Below, piece after piece: positions 1 to 6,828 of a stretch of 24,600 nt of DNA (the stretch's first letter is position 1; each line of letters starts with the position of its first letter). Origin of the DNA: Bdellovibrionales bacterium (GTDB taxonomy: Bacteria; Bdellovibrionota; Bdellovibrionia; Bdellovibrionales; UBA1609); assembly GCA_026648125.1 (NCBI GenBank), contig JAPKGD010000001.1:1-24600 (forward strand), given 5' to 3'. The translations under genes and the position numbers were made by a program. The notes beneath the pieces were generated by a model. The model was not told where the DNA came from and did no database searches. It worked only from the letters and a program-made list of their open reading frames with translations.

Positions 1-274
1 GGCCTGGTACAACGACACTCACCTGCACAGCGGAATCCGCTACGTCACGCCGAGCGACCGCCACGCCCGTCGTGATCGCGGCATTCTCCGACACAGGGCC
101 GCTGTCTATGCCGCAGCACGCAAGGTGAACCCCAGGCGCTGGACGGGCAGCACGCGCAACTGGACGCCTATCGGCCCAGTCTTCCTCAATCCGATCAAGC
201 AGGAGGTGCGGACACCCGCGATTGCCACACCGGTCTCGTGATGATCTATCGGACAACTACCTTGACACGCGCCG
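1..274 (+). mobile_element. Right end of an IS3-type insertion sequence
   Basis: CGGACAACTACCTTGACA (250-267) follows the transposase stop and ends in CA, as IS3-family right ends do. The left end is outside the window, so the IR cannot be confirmed. The boundary could be 267 or about 274. Confidence 0.55.
2..241 (+). CDS. 3' end of an IS3-type DDE (integrase-core) transposase, partial at window start
   Basis: Frame 2 is open from the window edge to TGA at 239-241 and reads AWYNDTHLHSGIRYVTPSDRH...ARKVNPRRWTGSTRNW. This matches the WYN..H.HSGI..VTP and RW....RNW C-terminal signature of this transposase group. Not in the ORF track. Confidence 0.85.
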   Translation, partial: AWYNDTHLHSGIRYVTPSDRHARRDRGILRHRAAVYAAARKVNPRRWTGSTRNWTPIGPVFLNPIKQEVRTPAIATPVS

Positions 275-356
275 GAACCTTCCAGGCATATCCCGAGATC
301 ATTCGCGGTCATGTGGCGCGGTTTCTATGATCTCGCATCCATGCGACCATGTTTAG

Positions 357-2024
357 CTAGTTCCCATCCCAGAACGCGAATCCGCTGGGATTTTCGAACC
401 AAATAGAAACATCGGAGTGAACGTCCAACTCGTGTTCGACCAAGAACCGAGAGGAGACGCCACTCCGATGCGCAAGACTATAGACCCGCAAGGGCGCCTG
501 AACCCCCCTCCGTTGGAGCATCCGCATGCCGAGGAGTTGCGCGCCATGGGAGCGCTGCTCGATCGATTGCCCGGTGCGGTGGCACGCGTCCGAAACGATC
601 TAACCGGCAAGGGCGTCAGCACCGTGTTGGGCCGCGAGGGGATGCCGGCGGAGCAAGTGCTTCGCGCGCTGTTGGTGAAGCAGATGACGGGCTTCAGCTA
701 CGAGGAGCTCGCGTTCCATCTGGCCGATTCCGCGTCGTACCGGACGTTCTGCCGGATGGGCATGTGCGACCGGCCGCCGAAGAAGTCGACCCTGCAGCGC
801 AACATCAAGGCGGTGACGCCCGAGACGCTCGAGGCGATCAACCGCGGCATCGTGAAGCTGGCGGCGGAGGATGGCATCGACGACGGTCGCAAGGTCCGAA
901 CGGACTGCACGGTGGTCGCGGCCGCGATCCACGACCCGAGCGACTCGTCGCTGCTCTGGGACTGCGTACGTGTCTTGGCGCGCATCGTCCATCGCGCGCA
1001 GGACTTCGTGACGGTCTCGTTCACCGATCACTGCCGACGCGCGAAACGACGCGCGCTCGGCATTCAGCACGCGCCCACGAAGGCAAAGAGACTGCCGCTC
1101 TATCGCGACCTGCTCGTGTGTGCCGACAACACGGTGCGCGCCGCTGAGCGGGCCAGCGAGAGGCTCGAAGCATTTCGAGGCGGCGACGTGTTCGACGAAG
1201 CCGTGGCGCAGGAGCTCGCACGAGAGCTGCGTTCCTTCGTCGGGCTTGCGCAAAGAGTCATCGACCAGACGCGGCGCCGCGTGTTGAAGGGTGAGTCGGT
1301 CCCGGCGCAGGAGAAGGTCGTGTCGATCTTCGAGCCGCACGTCGACATCATCATCAAGGATCGGCGCGAGGTCCTGTACGGCCACAAGATCTGTCTCTCC
1401 GCCGGCGCATCGGGACTCGTCACCGACGTCGTCGTTCACGAGGGCAACCCGTGCGATTCCACGCTGGCGCTCGAGATGATTCGCCGCCAGACGGAGCTGT
1501 ACGGTCGGCCACCGCGGCAGGTCAGCTTCGACGGTGGCTTCGCATCGCGAGCGAACCTCGAGGCGATCAAAGCCCTCGGTGTGAAGGACGTCGCGTTCAG
1601 CAAGGGCCGCGGCCTCGGTGTCACCGAGATGGTCAAGAGCACGTGGGTCTACCGGAAGCTGCGCAACTTCCGAGCGGGAGTGGAAGGCGTCATCTCGTTC
1701 CTCAAACGCGCGCTCGGTCTGGGCCGCTGCACATGGCGATCGGCCGCGTCCTTCGCGGCGTACACGTGGGCGTCGGTGCTCGCGGCCAACCTGCTCGTGG
1801 TAGCGCGTCACAAGCTGGCGTGACGTCGGCCGACGTCCGAGTGCAGCCGGCGCAACCGACGCGGAGCGCCGTGGTCCGTCCAAAGCACACAGCGATTACG
1901 CAAACTCCCCATCCCGCGGCGCGATTGGGTGCTCGATGCATCTCGCGCTGTCGTACCAGTGAATTGCAGCGCGTCGCTCAACGACGCCCGGCCGCGTAAA
2001 CGCGCATTACGGGATGGGAACTAG
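357..2024 (+). mobile_element. Complete IS (ISNCY / IS5-like DDE), about 1.67 kb
   Basis: The left end CTAGTTCCCATCCCagAAcGCG (357-378) matches the reverse complement of the right end (2003-2024): 14 perfect bp, 19/22 overall. One transposase ORF lies inside. The flanks are CTAG-rich, so the exact end/TSD split is ambiguous by a few bp. Confidence 0.9.
468..1823 (+). CDS. ISNCY/IS5-like DDE transposase
   Basis: ATG at 468 after GAGGAG (451-456); the ORF track starts it at GTG 417. It has the N-terminal DUF772-like motif (LSYEELAFHLADSASYRTF-type) and DDE-type residues in RTDCTVV, SFDGGF and RAGVEGVIS. Confidence 0.9.
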   Translation: MRKTIDPQGRLNPPPLEHPHAEELRAMGALLDRLPGAVARVRNDLTGKGVSTVLGREGMPAEQVLRALLVKQMTGFSYEELAFHLADSASYRTFCRMGMCDRPPKKSTLQRNIKAVTPETLEAINRGIVKLAAEDGIDDGRKVRTDCTVVAAAIHDPSDSSLLWDCVRVLARIVHRAQDFVTVSFTDHCRRAKRRALGIQHAPTKAKRLPLYRDLLVCADNTVRAAERASERLEAFRGGDVFDEAVAQELARELRSFVGLAQRVIDQTRRRVLKGESVPAQEKVVSIFEPHVDIIIKDRREVLYGHKICLSAGASGLVTDVVVHEGNPCDSTLALEMIRRQTELYGRPPRQVSFDGGFASRANLEAIKALGVKDVAFSKGRGLGVTEMVKSTWVYRKLRNFRAGVEGVISFLKRALGLGRCTWRSAASFAAYTWASVLAANLLVVARHKLA

Positions 2025-2219
2025 CTAGCTAGCTGGGCTGGTCTCTACGGTTCTCGATGGCTCGAGAGGGAGCTTGTACTCCGGCTCCCCAAGGCTTTCG
2101 GAGAGTTCGCAGAGGCACATTTCGGTCTTTGCGTGGAGCATAAGGGCAACCATACGAATCCTGTAAGGGTCCGACAGGGCCTGAAAAAGCTCATGCAGCG
2201 GTGAATTTACCTTATGCAT
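2025..2219 (-). pseudogene. Truncated ArsR/SmtB-family transcriptional regulator
   Basis: MHKVNSPLHELFQALSDPYRIRMVALMLHAKTEMCLCELSESLGEPEYKL matches the ArsR N-terminal half (FxALSDPxRxRI; CxCEL). Homology stops at about 2070, where the expected SRHLxxL recognition helix is replaced by unrelated sequence ending at the IS. Confidence 0.85.
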
Positions 2220-2341
2220 ATTTTGATTTCTATTCTCAATTGCAGTATGGTGCAAGTGTTTTTCATCTACCTTTCAATGGCATTTGGAATTTTGGGATTG
2301 CTTGTCCTTTGCCGTATCGATGTGTTTGATGGGGCCTAGCT

Positions 2342-4240
2342 ATGAAATTTCTTGCACAGATTTTACCGTTTATCTTCTCTCTCCTCTGTTTTTCTCCTGC
2401 GTTCGGAGTGACGACGAACTCACCCGATCTCGTTGTTCATCTCCTAGACTATTTGGCGAAAGACTATGGCGGAGCTGTCCAAAACGGGAAAGTCATCAGC
2501 AAGTCTGAATATGCGGAGCAGGTCGAGTTCGCTGAGATTGTAGAAAAGAATGCGAATGGCGTTGCGAAGCTCACCCAAAATACTGCCTTCATGGCAGGAG
2601 TGAATGATCTTCGTTCGCTAATTCAGAAGAAAGGTTCTCCCGAAGAAGTTTCAAGGCTAGCCCGCAAACTTCAGCAAGACGCGATTCTTCTTGTTGGTAT
2701 TGAGGTCGCCCCTACAAAGTGGCCCGAGCTTTCAAAGGGGGCGGCGCTCTATCAGGCCAACTGCGTAAGCTGTCATGGTGCGAACGGAAAAGGAGATGGT
2801 GTTGCGGGTGCAAATCTTGATCCCAAGCCCGCGAACTTTCATGATCCCGAACTTGTCTGGAATAGCGCTCCTTACAAATTTTTTAACACGATTCGCCTTG
2901 GAGTCCCCGGAACCGGCATGGCCGCATTTTCTCATTTAACTGATGAGGAGGTTTGGGCGCTTGCGTTCTATCTAAAGTCTTTGCCTTATGTGGATCGCTC
3001 CAAGGGAACGGCGTCGGGTATGGACTTGTCTCTCAAGGAAACTGCGACCCTCACGGACGCTGAAATTGCCGAACGCATGGGCGGAAAAAAGGATGATGCA
3101 GTTGCGGTCATTGGTTCCCTTCGAGTGAATGAGGGCGGCGCTCAAGGCATCGATCCAATCAGGGTTGCCGAGGATCTTTTGAATGAAAGTTTCGCGGCAG
3201 TGAAGAGCGGTGAATTTGACACTGCAAGTAGACTCTCCCTTCGCGCCTATCTTGAAGGTATCGAGCCGCTGGAGCCAAAGATGAAGGCGAACATTCCGGG
3301 CTCCGTGGAAAATATCGAAGCCCTGATGAGTTCCTATCGATCGTCCCTCGATAAGCGCGATCCGATTACCAAAATCGAAGCCAGGAAAACCGAGATTTTC
3401 GGAAAGCTCAAAGAGCTTCGGCTCGCCTTTTCAGAAAAGAAGATGTCTCCAGGAGTTGCATTTGGTGCGGCCTTTTCGATTTTTCTTCGTGAAGGCTTTG
3501 AGGCCGTCCTCATCATTATCGTTCTCATCAGTATTCTTCGGGCCATGGGTCAGCCCGAGGCCGTTAAATGGGTCCATTACGGATGGTCGGCGGCGATCGG
3601 ACTTGGAGTGGTCGCCTGGTTTGCCTCGGGTCTTTTGCTTTCCATGAGTGGGATGAGCCGAGAACTCATGGAGGGCCTCATCTCCGTGCTCGCGGTTGGA
3701 GTGCTCGTATACGTCGGATTTTGGCTCCATCGCTACTCAGAGGTAAAAAAGTGGCACGCCTTCCTTGAGGCAAAACTTCGACACGGACTAAACAAGGGAA
3801 GCTACCTTGCCCTTGCATTGGTCGCCTTCATGGCGGTTTTCCGGGAAGCGTTTGAGGTTGTGTTGTTCCTGCGGGCAATTTGGATTGATCTCGACCCTTC
3901 CGGCCAGACGGTTGCGGGGACAGGAGTTTTAAGTTCCTTTATTTTACTCATGGGGCTTTCATATTTTGCTGTTCGTGAAAGCGGAAAATTGTCGATCAGG
4001 CTTCTCTTTCAGATTTGCTCATGGACAATGGTCGTACTCGCCGTTGTGCTCGCAGGAAAGGGGGTTCATGCTCTCCAGGAGGCGGGACTCGTTCCCGTGT
4101 CGATGCTCTCGATTCCACTCAGAGTCGATCTGGTCGGGCTCTACCCAAGTATTCAAACTCTGTCGGCTCAAGCAGTGGTGATCGCGGTTTTCGGGCTTTT
4201 TCTTTTCAGTGAAAAAAGTCGGCCAACTCCGGCGGCGTAA
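2342..4240 (+). CDS. Cytochrome c / FTR1-family metal permease fusion (PbrT-like)
   Basis: Signal peptide, heme motif CVSCH, FTR1 motifs LREGFEA and FREAFEV, and a multi-TM C-terminal domain; 632 aa. Confidence 0.9.
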   Translation: MKFLAQILPFIFSLLCFSPAFGVTTNSPDLVVHLLDYLAKDYGGAVQNGKVISKSEYAEQVEFAEIVEKNANGVAKLTQNTAFMAGVNDLRSLIQKKGSPEEVSRLARKLQQDAILLVGIEVAPTKWPELSKGAALYQANCVSCHGANGKGDGVAGANLDPKPANFHDPELVWNSAPYKFFNTIRLGVPGTGMAAFSHLTDEEVWALAFYLKSLPYVDRSKGTASGMDLSLKETATLTDAEIAERMGGKKDDAVAVIGSLRVNEGGAQGIDPIRVAEDLLNESFAAVKSGEFDTASRLSLRAYLEGIEPLEPKMKANIPGSVENIEALMSSYRSSLDKRDPITKIEARKTEIFGKLKELRLAFSEKKMSPGVAFGAAFSIFLREGFEAVLIIIVLISILRAMGQPEAVKWVHYGWSAAIGLGVVAWFASGLLLSMSGMSRELMEGLISVLAVGVLVYVGFWLHRYSEVKKWHAFLEAKLRHGLNKGSYLALALVAFMAVFREAFEVVLFLRAIWIDLDPSGQTVAGTGVLSSFILLMGLSYFAVRESGKLSIRLLFQICSWTMVVLAVVLAGKGVHALQEAGLVPVSMLSIPLRVDLVGLYPSIQTLSAQAVVIAVFGLFLFSEKSRPTPAA

Positions 4241-4265
4241 TACTCAGTTGAGTATGGAACTGCAT

Positions 4266-4289
4266 GTGGCGCGGGAGCTGGCCACTTTT
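4266..4289 (+). terminator. Possible weak intrinsic terminator after the FTR1 gene
   Basis: GTGGC...GCCAC stem followed by TTTT; the stem is short. Confidence 0.3.
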
Positions 4290-4421
4290 CTGGCGCACAG
4301 CAAGGTGAGGTAAGAAAAAGTCGCGTGAACTATTGGACGTTTTGAATCGATACGTTGAGTGATCGGAGAAGAGTGAGAACTAAATTGCTTAAAGAAAAAT
4401 TCAGTGTTAGGGATTGAAGGG

Positions 4422-4748
4422 ATGAAATTTGTTTCATGGTTTCTCATTTTAGCTACGTTCATCGGTGTGGTCACCGGGACAGATGGCGCTTGCCTTGAAA
4501 ACCATGAAACCCAGATCGCTGCCCATCATTCTACAAGCCATTCGACCGATTCGAATTCCGTCCCGTCATCCGATTGCCATCATGAAGGATCTCCATGCCA
4601 TAGTTGCCATCTGGGCCACTGTGCATTTGTAGTGGCCGTCTCTTCAAGTGGCCTTATGGCTCCCGTGCAGAAAATTTTGCCACCTGGGTATCTGGCAACA
4701 TTGCCCACGAGTTACCCGTCCAGCCTTTTTAGACCTCCTATCGCCTAA
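4422..4748 (+). CDS. Small exported His/Cys-rich metal-binding protein (CzcI/DUF2946-like)
   Basis: N-terminal hydrophobic segment, a His-rich tract, CHHEGSPCHSCHLGHC and a C-terminal LFRPPIA (RxPP-type ending). It lies at the head of a czcCBA-like operon. ATG 4422 is preferred to GTG 4404. Confidence 0.65.
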   Translation: MKFVSWFLILATFIGVVTGTDGACLENHETQIAAHHSTSHSTDSNSVPSSDCHHEGSPCHSCHLGHCAFVVAVSSSGLMAPVQKILPPGYLATLPTSYPSSLFRPPIA

Positions 4749-4800
4749 GTCTTTTTCTAGACTCAATCTCAATCTTTTTTCACAACCATAAGGAGGTTTT

Positions 4801-4974
4801 GTGTACGCACGCTTATTTTTACTTTTGTTGCCGATTTTCTTTATTGCTTGCTCGTCAATCGAGCGTAAGCCGAATTGTGTTCAGAATCCGAATTCGCAAA
4901 AAGAAGTTAAATGCGAACAGGAGAAAGCTCCCGAATCTCGATCGACCCACGGAGGATATCGTGAAAGGCCATAG
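4801..4974 (+). CDS. Small lipoprotein (57 aa), not in ORF track
   Basis: AAGGAGG at 4790-4796, then GTG 4801: MYARLFLLLLPIFFIA-CSSIERKPNCVQNPNSQKEVKCEQEKAPESRSTHGGYRERP*. It has a hydrophobic core, a lipobox (FIAC) and two more Cys, and overlaps the start of the TolC gene. Confidence 0.75.
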   Translation: MYARLFLLLLPIFFIACSSIERKPNCVQNPNSQKEVKCEQEKAPESRSTHGGYRERP

Positions 4975-6214
4975 CACGTTGAAAGCAAATCTAATTAAAG
5001 CAGGGGGCATCAGCCTCCTGCTTTTTGTGAGTGTGGGTCAGGGTTTTGCGCAGCCCAACGCCTGCCAGCCGAAAGGATATGAGGAACTCTTAAGATGCGC
5101 GATACGCCAGTCCTCAGAAATGCAGATTGCGGACCAGCAATTAAAGGCGGCGGGCAATCTTGAAGGAATTGCCCGTCAGTGGATAAACCCCGAGCTTGAA
5201 GCTGAAAGCGTACAAAAGAATTCCGACAAGTCCGAAACTACGGCAGCTCTGCTATTCAACATCCGTTTGGGCGGAAAAAGAGGCGCCGCTATCCAGGAAG
5301 CCCAAGGTGAATTTCAGAAAGCACAAGCTGAACGTGATTTAAGTTCCTCACAGGCAAAGTTAGATCTGATCCTGAAACTCTACCGGCTAAATCACTTGAA
5401 ACACGAAATTAAGATCGAAGAAGAATCCGTTTCGACATTTTCTAAAATTATCGGTCAATACCGAGGTAAGGCCGCTCTATCTCCTGAACAAGAAGTCTCC
5501 CTTGCAGTCTTCCGAATGGCGACCTCCGATCATCAGTTGAATCTCGTAAAACTGAAAAGTGAAAAAGAAAAGCTCTTGCAAGAACTTTCGTCCTCCACGA
5601 GCCTCTCCAAAGAACTAATTCTAAGTAATCTTCCGGATCACAAAGTAAATTGGCCGGAGATCTCCAGCAAAGCCCAAATCGAATCTTCGCCCCATGCGAG
5701 ATTTGCGGCTGGGGAATTACTTTCAGCTAAAGGACAGAAGGAAAAAGCCGACGCCGAGGCATGGCCCGACCTCAAGGTTGGCCCCGCCATTAAGATCCAA
5801 AAGGATGGCGGAGCAAGCGAAAATTTTTACGGATTATCGCTCTCGATGCCATTACCTGTCTTTAGTCTCAACGGTGCAGGCCGGACCTATGGTTCGCAGA
5901 AATTGGTAGGAGCTGAAATGAACCATTCGCTTACTAGCCGAAAAGTATCGGGACTGCGCGAGCAACTGGCGGAAAAATATCGAGCCACCGTCTCAATTCT
6001 CAAGGCCTCGATTACAGACAAATCCGCCGAAGAAAAACATGAGCGCATTGAACGGCACTTTTTCAGAGGGCTTGTCTCGAGTTCCCTTGTTATCGAGGCG
6101 CATCGTCAACTTATTGAACTTGAGGAAAAGCGAAATGAGTCTGAGCGCGACGCCCTTGAAGCCCTCGGGGCAATCCTCATTATCGACAATCAATTCTCTG
6201 AGGTAATCCTATGA
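4961..6214 (+). CDS. czcC: TolC/CzcC-family outer-membrane efflux channel
   Basis: GTG 4961 after GGAGG (4951-4955), then a signal peptide. Two OEP-like repeats (QWINPELEAE...; EAWPDLKVG...GLSLSMPLPVF). The ORF track's 4799 start is too far upstream. Confidence 0.85.
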   Translation: MKGHSTLKANLIKAGGISLLLFVSVGQGFAQPNACQPKGYEELLRCAIRQSSEMQIADQQLKAAGNLEGIARQWINPELEAESVQKNSDKSETTAALLFNIRLGGKRGAAIQEAQGEFQKAQAERDLSSSQAKLDLILKLYRLNHLKHEIKIEEESVSTFSKIIGQYRGKAALSPEQEVSLAVFRMATSDHQLNLVKLKSEKEKLLQELSSSTSLSKELILSNLPDHKVNWPEISSKAQIESSPHARFAAGELLSAKGQKEKADAEAWPDLKVGPAIKIQKDGGASENFYGLSLSMPLPVFSLNGAGRTYGSQKLVGAEMNHSLTSRKVSGLREQLAEKYRATVSILKASITDKSAEEKHERIERHFFRGLVSSSLVIEAHRQLIELEEKRNESERDALEALGAILIIDNQFSEVIL

Positions 6215-6816
6215 AATACCTATTTATTCTCATCACGCTCTTTGCCTATGGGGTCACTAATTTTGTGAGTGCCGGGGAAAAAGACCATAAGCATACAGAA
6301 AAAAAAGCCGAAGACGACCACGATGAAAATCATGGCGAACACAACGAACATGAGGGCCATGCTGAAAAGCATGCCCACGGGCATGGCGATAATGAAAGTG
6401 AAGATAAACGCGCGGCTCACGATGAACATGAACACGAAGGTCATGGCGAGCACGAAGAGAATGCCCAGGTTGGACCCAATAAAGGCATTTTAGAAGCAAA
6501 TGAAACTGATGGAATCAAATTGTCACCAGAAGCCGAAAAGAATTTTGAAATTTCTAGGATCAAGGCATCGGGAAACCCAATTGAACTTCCTCAGAAGGCG
6601 ATTGTAAGTGCTGTATCTGAAATCAACGTCTATCGCTATCGGAACGGCTTTTATAAGCGCATCGATTTTGAAGAGGTGGCTCGGAAAAGCGACAAAGTCA
6701 CCATTCGTTCTAAAGATATTAGAGCTGGAGATGAAATTGTCACTCAAGGACTTGGCTTCCTTCGGCTTGCAGAAATTGCGGCTTTCGGTGGCGCTCCCGA
6801 AGGTCACTCACATTAA
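6211..6816 (+). CDS. His-rich, very short CzcB/MFP-related periplasmic protein (membrane-proximal domain only)
   Basis: Signal peptide and about 15 His in about 60 aa. IKLSPEAEKNFEI resembles the CzcB N-terminal strand/helix and is joined directly to ELPQKAIV...IRAGDEIVTQGLGFLRLAE, which resembles the CzcB C-terminus. It occupies the czcB position; 201 aa. Confidence 0.7.
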   Translation: MKYLFILITLFAYGVTNFVSAGEKDHKHTEKKAEDDHDENHGEHNEHEGHAEKHAHGHGDNESEDKRAAHDEHEHEGHGEHEENAQVGPNKGILEANETDGIKLSPEAEKNFEISRIKASGNPIELPQKAIVSAVSEINVYRYRNGFYKRIDFEEVARKSDKVTIRSKDIRAGDEIVTQGLGFLRLAEIAAFGGAPEGHSH

Positions 6817-6828
6817 GAGGAATTTAAA

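Noticed and set aside
294-357. Possible integron attC site
   Set aside because: It has inverted repeats but no RYYYAAC/GTTRRRY core pair (GTTTAGC does not fit), and there is no integron integrase.
600-1883. 427-aa antisense ORF over the transposase
   Set aside because: It is a shadow ORF typical of high-GC coding DNA, with no recognisable motifs; the transposase explains the region.
4799-4960. Long N-terminal extension of TolC in the ORF track
   Set aside because: A better start (GTG 4961 with GGAGG) gives a normal signal peptide, and the upstream DNA encodes the lipoprotein in another frame.
6232-6460. Repetitive CAT/GAA-rich DNA as a tandem repeat or array
   Set aside because: It is explained by His/Glu low-complexity coding; there is no fixed repeat unit or spacer.
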